Shown: one piece after another, positions 36,753 to 49,651 of the stretch
Layout of the letters: the number at the start of each line of letters is the position of its first letter
Position numbering within the stretch: position 1 is the first letter of the stretch
DNA from: Utricularia gibba
Lineage: Eukaryota > Plantae > Magnoliophyta
Direction of reading: 5' to 3'
Assembly: GCA_002189035.1 (NCBI GenBank)
Contig: CM007992.1
Span: 3,100,001 to 3,164,000 of the forward strand
Length of the DNA: 64,000 nucleotides
Program-made: the position numbers and the translations under genes
The notes under the pieces: generated by a model
Seen by the model: the letters and a program-made list of their open reading frames with translations, nothing else
Told to the model about the DNA's origin: nothing
Database searches by the model: none

Positions 36753-39700
36753 TCATTGTCGTTCTTGGATATTCATGAAGTTCGCACGTAATCTTCTGAA
36801 TCTTTCCTGTAGCGGTAAGCTTGCATCACGTAGCAAGTCCCGCTGATCATGTAGGAAGTTGATGATGTGCAAAATAACAAATGCAATAGCAGCCGATCCA
36901 ACGATCACGAAAAGTCCCCAAAAGCTATCAATATCAAGGCTGTTATTGGAATAGAATGCAGCATTCAGACATGTATTTGAATCTTTTTCTAGCCATTTAT
37001 CTTCTATCTGAAATATGATGTTACTCTCTGTGACATCCAATATTGCCCTTGAAACATCAGATACCAATGGAGATCCAATGGGAAAGGCCTACAACCATTC
37101 ATCATGCATGTAAGTGGAATCATTCTGAATATATAGAGAACTTTGTTTGGTCATAAGGAAGAACTTACAAAGCCAAAGCCATTTGTTCTGTAAATGGGAC
37201 CAACCAGTGTGTACTTTGAACAATGCTTAGAGAGAAAAGATCTTAGATATGGAACTTCATCGAAAGCTGCTGCAATGCCTCCATTTCCACTTCCTTTCAT
37301 GAGCAAAACATTGAGTTCCTCTAAGTTTTTGTACATCAACAATCTTGATGGCTTGAAGTTCATGCTCAAAAGAAATTCCTCTACAAATGAACCTTTTGGA
37401 TAACCAACATATGAATTGGACTGAAGAAGTGTGAGTACGTCTGTGATTGAAGGTTGTAGTTGTTGAACTGTTAATAGTGAAGCTAAGCTGGCAGTGTAGC
37501 TCTGTGTGAGAATGAGAACAACAAAGAACCAGATGATCATAAGCATCCTAGCAAAGCAGTTTTTTACATTTTCTCCTGAATATAGATAGAAAAGCAAGAA
37601 AATGTTAACTGCTAATCATTTTGAAATTGTATGTATACTCTATATTTTAACTTACTTTGTGCAAACACCATGGTTGAGAAAGAGTACCACAATATTGTTC
37701 CTGCTTGGTGACAAGGACTACCTTGTCTAAAGACATTATCATCCTCTCTATGCTCCAATATCCATATAAATATAGCAATAATTATGAAAAAGCAAAAAGA
37801 TGTTAGCCAAAGTTTCCATTTCAGAGGCTTTACAAACAACCATGCTTTGGGATCATTATTAGGTATATATGGCACCAGCATTGAAACACCAGATTCTGTA
37901 TATGAAAGTGAGAAGTCCACAAACTTTGATCGATTAGCTACGATTGTCACATCTCCAACCAATACATCATATTTCTGTTCATTTTCAAAAAAATAGGAAT
38001 GGTCACATTATATTTCAATATCTTCAAAACAAAAAAAAAAAAACTTTTACGAGCATAATAATACTTACTCCAAGGTATACTTGGTAGACCATGTCGTTAT
38101 AAGTATAATCACTGTTTGGGTTATTTGAGATAAAAGGAATGTATTCATATGGTAAACTATACGGTAATTTTGCTACCACTGTATCAAAAACATCAATACT
38201 GAATCCTTGTACATTTGTTGAGTTATCCGGATTTTGTGTGACAGAGATAAATAATCCATCTTTTGCTGGGACCAGAATCTGGAGTTTCTTTTCATTTACT
38301 GGTAACACCCAACCTTTGGGAGGAGATATATTGTTACCTGGCCATATAATAGACTTGAAGTTACTCTTCAAGATAGAGTTTTTGACTGTTGAATGGATGT
38401 TTTTAACAATTCCATAATCTTCAGTCCAATATCCCACAACTCTAGCTCTTTGGCCAACTAAATTAACTATCTCGTAAGACGAAGATTGAAGTTCTTGATT
38501 AACCAATCTGAAGTTTCCTGCCAAGCCTTCAAATTTTGTATTAGAAAATTCTTGACTAAGCTTCAGCCCAACACTAGATACCCCAAAACTTCCAAGCTCA
38601 GTTGCATTGTTCTTAGTGTTTGGAATTCGGAAGGTAACATTACCAGAAGATCTGAATACACTTTCTACTGCTATGGCTAGTGCAGTTACTGTGTCATATG
38701 CCCATAGTCCAAAAACAGTGAGTTCCGAGGTTCCATTACTCAACAGAAGCTGCTCTTCGTAATGATCTTGAAAATATTCGAGTTTTGTAGTGTTTGGCAC
38801 ATAAGATCTTACTCCTAGCACTCCTGTCATAGATTTCATGATACTTGGACTCAAAGAATCAAGTTCATTTGCCATTGCAGTTGTAATAATCCATGCATAA
38901 TCCTTGCTCGTCATCCCAAGTTCCTTAACCTTCATGAAAAAGCGAGATCCAAGAGACCTCACCATATGAACAATAAAAACTCTCGTATGCATAGACATTA
39001 GCTTGTAAAGCTCAGCACTAATCTGCTCATCAGTGGCTGATGAGGGAATTGCACTTCTATATGGAATACGCACATTTTTCTGTTCCAAGCCATCACTTAA
39101 AGATGAAAGAATTCCTTCTCCAAACTCATTATCAACATATACCAACGTAACTTCCCTCCATCCAAAAGCATGAATTATTTCACTTATAGCACCTACTTGA
39201 GAGGAGTCACTTGAGGTAGTTCTAAAGAAGTAAGGACTTTGAATTGATATAAGCGATGGGCTTGTAGCAGTAAATGTAATGATGGGTACATGTGCCTTTT
39301 CTCCAAGATGTATCACAAAATATGCTTCCATTGATGTCAACGGACCAATAATCGCTTCAACTTGAACATTCTTCAACAAGTCCACAACTGTACAATAAAA
39401 TCAAACACAATTAAATCAGAACTACAAGTGAAATCCCTTTTACATGTTTGTTTTTTCATATGAGTTTACAAAAAGTTGATACAAACCTGTTGCAGCTGCA
39501 GAGATGACTCCTCCAGCATAGTCTCTTGTGTAAAAAACTAACCTTGTCTGATATTCTTGGTTGGCAGCATAGAAGTCTGTTAGAGCTATTTTCATGGAAA
39601 TCATACCCATCTTCCCAACATCTGTATTCATGTCAAGCACCACCCCAACCTTCACCGGAACCACCGTCGACATGCTACCGATGAAGAAATATAACATGGG

Positions 39701-39805
39701 AATTAGACACAAGAGATAGTAGACAAAAGAACAAGATGTAGTTTTCCTATGTGTGATAAACATTGTTCGACTTGAGCAGAGCACTTGCTGAGTTTTCATG
39801 TGCAA
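36753..39805 (-). CDS. GLR2: Glutamate receptor-like channel, clade 2 (GLR-B), ~899 aa; exons 39805-39487, 39387-38069, 37974-37656, 37575-37169, 37088-36753
   Basis: Same motifs as GLR-A; spliced length 2700 nt is in frame. Confidence 0.94.
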
Positions 39806-42236
39806 AACCCACCTATTAATAGAAGATCAATGGCCACACCTTGTAGTTGACTTTTGAATATTCAACATATTTGCTCAGACATGATATTGACTTGACAAAC
39901 ATGAGATTAAAAGCACCTTTTATTCATAGGACATCATTTTTCACATATGAAGAGAAATCTTAATATTAAAAATGGTTATTTATCATAAGAAAAAAGTGGG
40001 AGTGACAATTTTTTTAAAATTACCCTAAAATAAAAGACATAAAGTTTTCAAAGAAAAGAAACCTATGATTTTTTAATTAAATAGCCTTTTTTCAATAACA
40101 ACTGTATAAATCATTTTTTAATCTAAAGTAATGAAGAATAACTTAACATAAAATGATTGCTGGGATATTTAATTATACCATATGAGTAACTAATTCAACA
40201 TACTTTTAGATGATGAACATCATAAATTTCATTAAAAATTTTTTATTTGAAAGGTAAAAAAAATACACCTACCTAAATTGTGAATGAGGGCATCGAAACT
40301 ATGTAAATTACAAGCTAGAACGAGCATCCAAATGTTGTACTGTGATTAAAGGTGTAACTACTATAATGAGTTGTGTGTGCTCCTTGAATTTTGAATTGTT
40401 TTTTTTTTCAAAAAAAAAAAATCAAATATGCAATCACTGTAATGTCACATTTGCTATGCTTGGACTCAAATGCTTTATTAAAAGAATTAAAAACACAATA
40501 ATCATAATTTCATATTTGCAGTGCTTGAATTTCAAACACGATGTTAAAAAAAAAAATTGAAAACACAAGTACCATAATATAGTGTTTGCATTGGTTGCAC
40601 CATGAATATTTATTTTTTAAAAAAGAACCAAATGTACAAGTCTCATAATGTTATGTTTGCGATGATTGCATCTCAAATATGAAATATAAGTAAACTCATG
40701 ATATTATCGAGTTTATGTTCAACTTATTGACTTCTGACTCAACATATTATATTTATAGTCTTGATACATTGAATTTGACTAGTGATTCCATAAGTCCAAG
40801 CCCTAACACTCTTTAATTATTTTTTAATATACAAAAATGAACTTGTGTGGTTTACATTAGAAGATGTCAAACTGCTTATGTTTCATTAATCCATTACACA
40901 AAACATTAAACACCCCAATATAAGGAAGAAGGGGATACAATTATCCAAATTAAAATTAATTGACGACTAATTATCCAAAAATGAAATAGTGTAAATTTAT
41001 AATGTGTTATGGGTAGAAATTGGTTGTGATGAGTGATTGATTTCCGATGGCTAAATCGGTTGAATGCTGATTTATTCGAATAGATTTTGTTATTTGATTA
41101 GTGTGAATGCTACAAAGGAGATAAATATTTTTTTTATGTAAAAACTGTCATGACAGAAAATCATGTAGTTCTAGAAATTTAATTAAAAACGAGTTTTACT
41201 AAAAGAAAAAAAGAAGTTTATAATAAATGATGTAAGATGATATTGACTTGACAAACATGAGATAAAAAATTTCATTAACTAATAAAGTAAAATTCTACTT
41301 TTGAAAGACAACTATTCCACATGATCTTTCACACATAAAAACAATACATTAACATTAAGGATTATCATTTTTAAAAATCATTCTAAAATAAAAATTGTAT
41401 AAAGTTATCAAAAGAGAAGTATATTGTATTTTTATAACTAAATATTTTTTTAATAACAATCATAGATTGTTCACTTAAAAAAAATTATTTTAAAGAAGAA
41501 AAAAGAACACCCATCCAAATTGTGTATATTATATTTAAATAAATTATTAAATTCATGGATAAGGTTTCCAACTGCAGTGTGTCGCGATGCATTCATCTTG
41601 TGTCTCTCTCCCTTCGTAATGATTTGTTATTAAATAATCATTTACTCATTTGCTTTTCCTTTATTAGATATGCATTTTGTTATTTTATTAAACTAAAATT
41701 GATTTAAATTTGTACTTAGTTTAGAAACTATCTTTTATCAAAAAGTAAAAGAGAAAAATATCATTTATATAATATTAGAAATTAATTTCTTATATATGTT
41801 TTTAAAATTGTATGATACCGACTTATTTTATTTATCATCCCTATTTTCTAATCTAATTAGCGAATTTGATGGAAAGACCAACAAAATAGGATATTAAAAT
41901 AAAAAAGGATTAAACAGATCATTTATTTTATTTTTAACAAAAAATAGAATTTTAAAATATGTAATATAACATCAAAAACATATAACTACTAATGATCCTT
42001 GTAGTACAATGTCTGATTCTTGGACACAACTTGTCATACCATGCACATTGATGTCCCTATGATGAGTAGCAATCTCTTATGTATCATAATGTAATAAGCT
42101 TTTTATGATCATCAGTTCCCTTGATGAGCACCTGTTCTTTCTGCATAATTCTTTAGTATATTCCACATTTGCAGTGCTGCTTCTACTTCCATGCTTGAAT
42201 TTAGGATGCTTCTGTATTAATCTCCTGTGCATCATG

Positions 42237-45200
42237 TTAACTGCTTGTTCTGGATTCTACTACTCTGAGATCCACGAAGTTCTTCCATAATCTTTTTAAT
42301 CTTCCCCTTAATGGTAAGTTTGCATTACGTAGCATGCCCCACTGATCATATATGAAGTCGATGATGTACAGAATCAAACATGCAGCAGTGGCCGATCCTA
42401 CGATCTTGAAAAGCGCCGAAAAGTTATCAAAATCAAGACTTTTATTGGGATAGAATGCAGCATTCAGACATGTATTTGAATCTTCTTGCCATTTGTCTTC
42501 TATCTGAAATATGATGTTACTCTCTGTGATATCCAATATTGCCCTTGAAACATCAGATACCAATGGAGATCCAATGGGAAAGGCCTACAATCATCCATCA
42601 TCATGCATGTAAGTGGAATCATAGTGAATATATAGAGAACTTTTTTTGGTCATAAGGAAGAACTTACAAAGCCAAAGCCATTTGTTCTGTAAATGGGACC
42701 AACCAGCGTGTACTTTGAACAATGCTTAGACAGAAAATATTTTAGATATGGAACTTCATCAAAAGCAGCTGCAATGCCTCCATTTCCGCTTCCTTTCATG
42801 AACAAATCATTGAGTTCCTCAAAGTTTTTGTACATCAACAATCTTGATGGCTTAAAGTTCATGCTCAAAAGAAATTCCTCTACAAATGAACCTTTTGGAT
42901 AACCAACATATGAATTGGACTGGAGAAGTGTGCGTATGTCTGTCATTGAAGGTTGTAGTTGTTGAACTGTTAATAGTGAAGCTAAGTTGGCAGTGTAGCT
43001 CTGTGTGAGAATGAAAACAAAAAAGAACCAGATGATCATAAATATCCTAGTAAGGTAGTGTTTTACATTTTCACCTGAACATAGATAGAAAAAGCAAGTA
43101 AGAAAATGTTGAATATTAATCATTTTGAAATTGTATATGCTTTATATTTTAACTTACTTTGTGCAAACACCATGGTTGAGAAAAAGTACCACCATATCCT
43201 TCCTACCCCGTGACGATGACCACGATCTCTAAAGGCATCTACAGCCTCTCTCAAGGCATTTTCAGCCTCCCTACGCTCCAAAATCCATATACATACGGCA
43301 ATAATTATAAAAGAACAAAAGCATGTTAGCCAAAGTTTCCATGTCAGAGGCTTTACAAACAACCATGCTTTGGGATCATTATTAGGTATATATGGCACCA
43401 GCATTGAAACACCAGATTCTGTATATGAAAGTGAGAAGTCCACAAACTTTGATCGATTAGCTACGATTGTCACATCTCCAACCAATGCATCATAATTCTG
43501 TTCATTTTCAAAAAAACAGGAATGATCACATTATATTTAGATATCTTCAAAACAATAAAAGGAACTTTTAAGAGCGTAATAATACTTACTCCAAGGTATA
43601 TTTGGTAGACCAGGTCATCATAAGTATAAATACTACTTTGGTTTTCTGGAACAAAAGGAATGTATTCATATGGTAAACTATACGGTAATTTTGCTACCAC
43701 TGTATCAAAAACATCAATACTGATTCCTTGTATATTTGTCGAGTTATCCGGATTCTGTGTGACAGAGATAAATACGTCATCTTCTACTGGGACCAGAATT
43801 TGAAGTTTTTTTTCATTTACTGGTAACACCCAACCTTTGGAGGAGATATATTGTTACCTGGCCATATAATAGACTTGAAGTTACTCTTCAAGATAGAGTT
43901 TTTGACTGTTGAATGAATTTTTTTAACAATTCCATAATCTTCAGTCCAATATCCCACAACTCTAGCTCTTTGGCCAACTAAATTAACTATCTCGTAAGAT
44001 GAAGATTGAAGTTCTTGATTAACCAATTTGAAGTTTCCTGCCAAGCCATCAAATTTTGTATTAGAAAATTCTTGACTAAGCTTCAGCCCAACACTAGATA
44101 TCCCAAAACTTCCAAGCTCAGTTGCATTGTTCTCAATCTTTGGAATTAGGAAGGTAGCATTGCCTGAAGATCTGAATACACTTTCTACTGCTATGGCTAG
44201 TGCAGTTACAGTGTCATATGCCCATAGTCCAAAAACAGTGAGTTCTGAGGTTCCATTACGCAACAGAAGCTGCTCTTCGTAATGATCTTGAAAATATTCG
44301 AGTTTTGCAGTTTTTGGCACATAAGATCTTACTCCTAGCACTCCTGTCATAGATTTCAAGATACTTGGACTCAAAGAATCAAGTTCATTTGCCATTGCAG
44401 TTGTAATAATCCATGCATAATCCTTGCTCATCATCCCAAGTTCCTTAACCTTCATGAAAAAGCGAGGTCCAAGAGGCTTCACCATATGAACAATAAAAAC
44501 TCTCGTATGCATAGACATTAGCTTGTAAAGCTCAGCACTAATCTGCTCATCAGTTGCTGAAGAGGGAATTGCACTTCTGTAAGGAATACGCACATTTTTC
44601 TGTTCCAAGCCATCACTTAAAGATGAAAGAATTCCTTCTCCAAACTCATTATCAACATATACCAACGTAACCTCCCTCCATCCAAAAGCGTGAATTATTT
44701 CACTTATAGCACCTACTTGAGAGGAGTCACTTGGAGTAGTTCTAAAAAAGTACTGACTTTGAATTGATATAAGCGATGGGCTTGTAGCAGTAAATGTAAT
44801 GATGGGTACATGTGCCTTGTCTCCAAGATGTATCACAAAATATGCTTCCATTGATGTCAACGGACCAATAATCGCTTCAACTTGAACATTCTTCAACAAG
44901 TCCACAACTGTACAATAAAATCAAACACAATGAAATCAGAACATAACAATCGCTACAAGTCAAAGGTTTTTTTTCATATAAGTTTTGAAAAGGATGATAA
45001 AAACCTGTTGCAGCTGCAGAGATGACTCCTCCAGCATAGTCTCTTGTGTAAAAAACTAACCTTGTCTGATATTCTTGGTTGGCAGCATAGAAGTCTGTTA
45101 GAGCTATTTTCATGGAAATCATACCCATCTTCCCAACATCTGTATTCATGTCAAGCACCACCCCAACCTTCACCGGAACCACCGTCGACATGCTACCGAT

Positions 45201-45281
45201 GAAGAAATATAACATGGGAATTAGACATAAGAGACAGTAGACAAAAGAACAGGATGCAGTTTTCCTGCATGTGAAAAACAT
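42237..45281 (-). CDS. GLR2: Glutamate receptor-like channel, clade 2 (GLR-C), with a -1 frameshift at ~43840 (pseudogene or assembly error); exons 45281-45005, 44907-43590, 43497-43158, 43074-42668, 42584-42237
   Basis: Near-identical to GLR-B; plus strand aacctttgg vs aacctttggg in GLR-B gives PPKVGCYQ* instead of PPKGWVLP; spliced length 2690 nt. Confidence 0.88.
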
Positions 45282-47978
45282 TGTTCAACTTGAACTGTTT
45301 CTTTGGATAGAACACTTGTTAAAATATATATAAACGCACAAAACCCACCTATTAATAGAAGCTCAATGGGCATTATGCATCACACCTTGTAGTTGAATTT
45401 TGAATATTCAACATGTTTGCTCACAAAGGTAATGATGTAACATGATATTAACTTGACAAACATGAGATTAAAATCACCTTTTGTTCATATGACATTAATT
45501 TTCACACATGAAACAAAACTTAATATTGAAAATGGTTATTTATCACAACAAAAAAGTGGGAGTGAAATTTTTTTTAAAATTACCCTAAAATAAAAGATAT
45601 AAAGTTTTCAAAGAATAGAAACCTATGATTTTTTCAATAACAACTATATAAATCATTTTTTAATCTAGAATAATGAAAAATAATATAATATAAAATGGGT
45701 ACTGGGATTACTTTTAGATGATGAACATCATAAATTCTATTAAAAAATATTTATATTTGAAAGAACAAAAAAATACACCTAGCTAAATTGTGATTAAAGG
45801 TATAACTACTATCATGAAGTGTGTGTTCTACTTCTATTTTGAATTGTTTTTCAAAAAAAAAATCAAATATGCAATCATTGTAGTGTAATGTCACATTTGC
45901 TATGCTTGAACTCAAATGCTTTATTAAAAGAATTAAAAACACAAGCATCATAATCTCATATTTGGAGTGCTTGAATTTCGAACACGATGTTAAAAAAAAA
46001 TTGAAAACACAAGTACCATAATGTAGTGTTTGCATTGGTTGCACCATGAATATTTTTTTAAAAAAAGAACCAAATGTGCAAGTCTCATAATGTTATGTTT
46101 GTGATGATAGTGGAATTTGTCAACTCATGATATTAGTCCAATTTGTGTTCAACTTATTGACTTCTGACTCAACATATTATATTTATAGTAAATAGTCTCG
46201 ATACATTGAATTTGACTAGTGATTCCATAAGTCCAAGCCCTAACCCTCTTTAATTATTTTTTAATAAACACAAATGAACTTGTGTGATTTACATTAGAAG
46301 ATGTCAAACTGCATATGTAAAGAGAAAGAGTGTAACTCATGTTTTTTTTTTCTGGTTGTTGCGATGGGCAGGGAAGCAATCTGAGGGGAAGCGATGATAG
46401 TGGAGGTGTGGCGGAGAGTTCACCAATGGGGAAGAAGGGGATACAATTAGGGTTTTGAATTTGAAGATCAATATTATCCAAATTAAAATCAATTGAGGAC
46501 TAATTATCCAAAAATGAAATAGTGTAAATTTATAATGTGTTATGGGTAGAAATTTGTTGTGTGATGAGTGACTGATTTCTGATGGCTAAATCGGTTGAGT
46601 ACCAATTTATTTGAATGAGTTTTGTATTCTGATTAATGAGAATCTTGCAAAGAAGACAAGAATATTTTTACATGAAAATTGGCATGATGAAAAACCATAA
46701 AGTTGAAGGAATTTAATGGAGAAATGAGTTTCACTAAGAGAAAAATAGATATTTACAACGATTTCTATTTATATAGAAATCATGATCGATTGATTTTGAA
46801 TGTATCGATTATTTTCTGTATTAGATAATATATATATATATATAATCTTATTTGTGGTTCTATTAAAAAATAACAATTGTCTATTTTTAATTATTGAATC
46901 GACTAATTTTCAAACTGTATTAAAACAATTTGCATCTGACGCTACTTTCTTTCTATCTCCTCTTGTAAATAACTCATCAATAGGTAGATTTTGGACTGAT
47001 TTATTGTTCATAGTTTAGTTTGTTGTCTCTGCTCATTTAGTTGATTTGTGCTTTAGTGCTGATTTATGTTCCATTGCTAATCCTCCTGTAAGTTCCTTCC
47101 AATTTGTTTAGGTTGCCAATTTATACTCAATATGAGTTTTTCTAATTTTTCTCCTGAATTTTTGACGTGGAATCCTATATTATCTTTTTCCTTTTTGAAT
47201 AATGCTTATCGGTTTTTAACACCATCATAATACAAATTTGATTTGGGTACCAATTATACCAAATGTTGAAATAATGAAGACTAAGCATGCATGATTTTAA
47301 ATAGTCAAGATGAAATATGCATGATATACAAATTATAGATATTAGAAATATTTAGAATATGAAACTTTAGACATTAATTTTACCTACTATCCTAAAATTT
47401 GGGTACCAAATGTGTTGGATAAGTAAAATTTTATAAATCAATTTTATCAATGAATGATGTGTAATTTAGACCAAATAATGAGAATTATTTTTGATATTAA
47501 ATAAAACAGTTTAAATCTGTAATTTTTTATTTTAGAAGCTGCTATTTGGGCCGCCATGGACTTGCATCCCTTTGTTCTCGGGTTGGATAATCGGTCCATT
47601 GTACGCCGCCTCCGGCGACACTCACCGATGCGTTTCCAGCCGCACCGTGTTGCCACTGCGATCACCTCTTTTCTCTCCATACCGCCGTCTTTTGTCTCAA
47701 TTCCTCATTACGACGCCGTTTCAAGATCAGCGTTTTCGTGCCTTCGGTTTCAGTACTGGGGAAGCAGGTTTGCCGCGGGATTCCTTGTATCGTCAAACTC
47801 GGACCGCATTTCTATCCCAGTATCATTCCTTCAGCCCTAGCGCATGGTTGATTGCGGGCAAATATGATACATTAAGACGAAGAGTCATGGACCCATGGTG
47901 GAGCTTTGGCATCGCACGGGAAACTTTTGAATGATCAAAATCAGCTAGCTCGATAAACGCTCTTAGGGATTCGGTTAC

Positions 47979-49589
47979 ATGAGAAGGAATTTTAGGGTGT
48001 GCGGCTTCTTCAGGACGCTGTATGATCATCATCGTCGTCCCAAATGTTTGTCTCATGGTATCATCCGGCGTCTCAGCCTTTATTCCGTTGGTTACAATAC
48101 CGGTGATTGGCCTAATATTGAGAAATGGCCTCAGCTAAGTTACTCTTTTGGTTCAAAAATAGGTTTTTTTTCGAGTTCTTCTCTCCCAATAGACGGAAGC
48201 GGAGATGTTCATGGAGATGAACACTGGGATTTTGAGATTGAGAAAGAGTTGGCACAGAGAAAATCTGGTGACGCGGGATCTTCATCTAATCTCTGCACAG
48301 TTTTGGACATGTTGTCGCTGCCGTGTGCTCAAGATCGGAGCAGGAAACTCGATGAGTGCACGGTGAATGTAACGTCGGAATTAGTTGAGAAAGTGATCTC
48401 CAGGACTCGGAATAACTGGGAAGCCGCTTTCACCTTCTTCATCTGGGCCGGTAAGCGGCTAGGTAACAAGCATTTGCTTCGAGATTATCATTCCATGATA
48501 GCGATTCTGGGGAAGTTCAGGAAATTTGATACTGCTTGGAGTTTGATAAACGATATGAAAGCTTTATCCATGGTCACTCCGCACACACTTATGATCATGA
48601 TAAGGAAATATGCTGCTGTTCATGATGTTGCCCGGGCGGTTAATGCTTTCTATGGGTTCCGGCGTTTTAACTTCGAGATTGGAGTTGTGGAGTTCCATGG
48701 CCTGCTTTCAGCTCTTTGCAGGTACAAGAATGTGAAAGATGCAGAGGATTTGCTTTTCTGCAATGAGTCTGTTTTCCCCTTGAGCACAAAAAGTTTCAAT
48801 ATCATCCTCAACGGATGGTGCAATGTCGTTGGGGATCTTCGTGAGGGAAGGAGAATCTGGGCTGAGATGGAGCGGCGAGGCATCAAACCGGACGTGTTCT
48901 CATATTCAAGCATCATTTCTAGCTACTCAAAAGCTTCTAATCTGAAACCCATCATGAGATTATATGAAAGGATGAAGGATTTGGGGATTGCTCCTGACAG
49001 GAAAGTCTACAATGCAGTGATTCATGCACTTGCTAAGACAAAGCTTTTAAGTAAAGCTCTTGAGCTCATGAAAACTATGGAGGAGAAGGGCTTTCCTCCA
49101 GACAGCGTCACCTACAACTCCCTCATAGTACCCCTTTGTAGACAAAGAAGGTTGGATGAAGCAAAAAGAGCAATGGATGAGATGGTAAAGAGAGGCCTTC
49201 ACCCTACGGTCCGAACCTTCCATGCCTTTTTCCATGCTATCGAATCTGCGGATGAGGTGTTCCAGCTCCTAACAAGAATGTATGAACTGGGATGCGATCC
49301 CAGCCATGAAACATACATAATGCTGATCAGGAAGTTCTGCCGATGGCGCGAACTTGGCGACGTTTTCAAGCTTTGGAACACAATGGCTGAAAACGGGCTT
49401 GACCCTGATCGAAGCTCGTATACTGTGATGATACATGGTCTTTTCTGGAATGGAAGACTAGAAGATGCACACAGATTCTACATGGAGATGAAGGAGAAGG
49501 ATCTCTTACCGGAGCCAGCCACAGATGCCATGATTCAGCGGTGGCTTGATGGCAAGACACATCGGTATAAGCTTCCATATCATGGATGA
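47979..49589 (+). CDS. P-type pentatricopeptide repeat protein, probably mitochondrial (resembles At5g15010), intronless, 536 aa
   Basis: Tandem 35-aa repeats (KSFNIILNGWC, FSYSSIISSYSK, KVYNAVIHALAK, VTYNSLIVPLCR, SSYTVMIHGLF); N-terminal WEAAFTFFIWAGK. Confidence 0.93.
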   Translation: MRRNFRVCGFFRTLYDHHRRPKCLSHGIIRRLSLYSVGYNTGDWPNIEKWPQLSYSFGSKIGFFSSSSLPIDGSGDVHGDEHWDFEIEKELAQRKSGDAGSSSNLCTVLDMLSLPCAQDRSRKLDECTVNVTSELVEKVISRTRNNWEAAFTFFIWAGKRLGNKHLLRDYHSMIAILGKFRKFDTAWSLINDMKALSMVTPHTLMIMIRKYAAVHDVARAVNAFYGFRRFNFEIGVVEFHGLLSALCRYKNVKDAEDLLFCNESVFPLSTKSFNIILNGWCNVVGDLREGRRIWAEMERRGIKPDVFSYSSIISSYSKASNLKPIMRLYERMKDLGIAPDRKVYNAVIHALAKTKLLSKALELMKTMEEKGFPPDSVTYNSLIVPLCRQRRLDEAKRAMDEMVKRGLHPTVRTFHAFFHAIESADEVFQLLTRMYELGCDPSHETYIMLIRKFCRWRELGDVFKLWNTMAENGLDPDRSSYTVMIHGLFWNGRLEDAHRFYMEMKEKDLLPEPATDAMIQRWLDGKTHRYKLPYHG

Positions 49590-49651
49590 ATGAAGCTCAC
49601 TATAAACTTGTGAATTACAATGTAAAACTATTTGTTTTGCAAGCTATATGA

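Larger units (their letters stand above)
35400..46750. repeat. Tandem duplication of the GLR-B and GLR-C units including flanks
   Basis: 35400-36400 resembles 41225-42230, and 39830-41190 resembles 45380-46740, in addition to the coding similarity. Confidence 0.88.
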
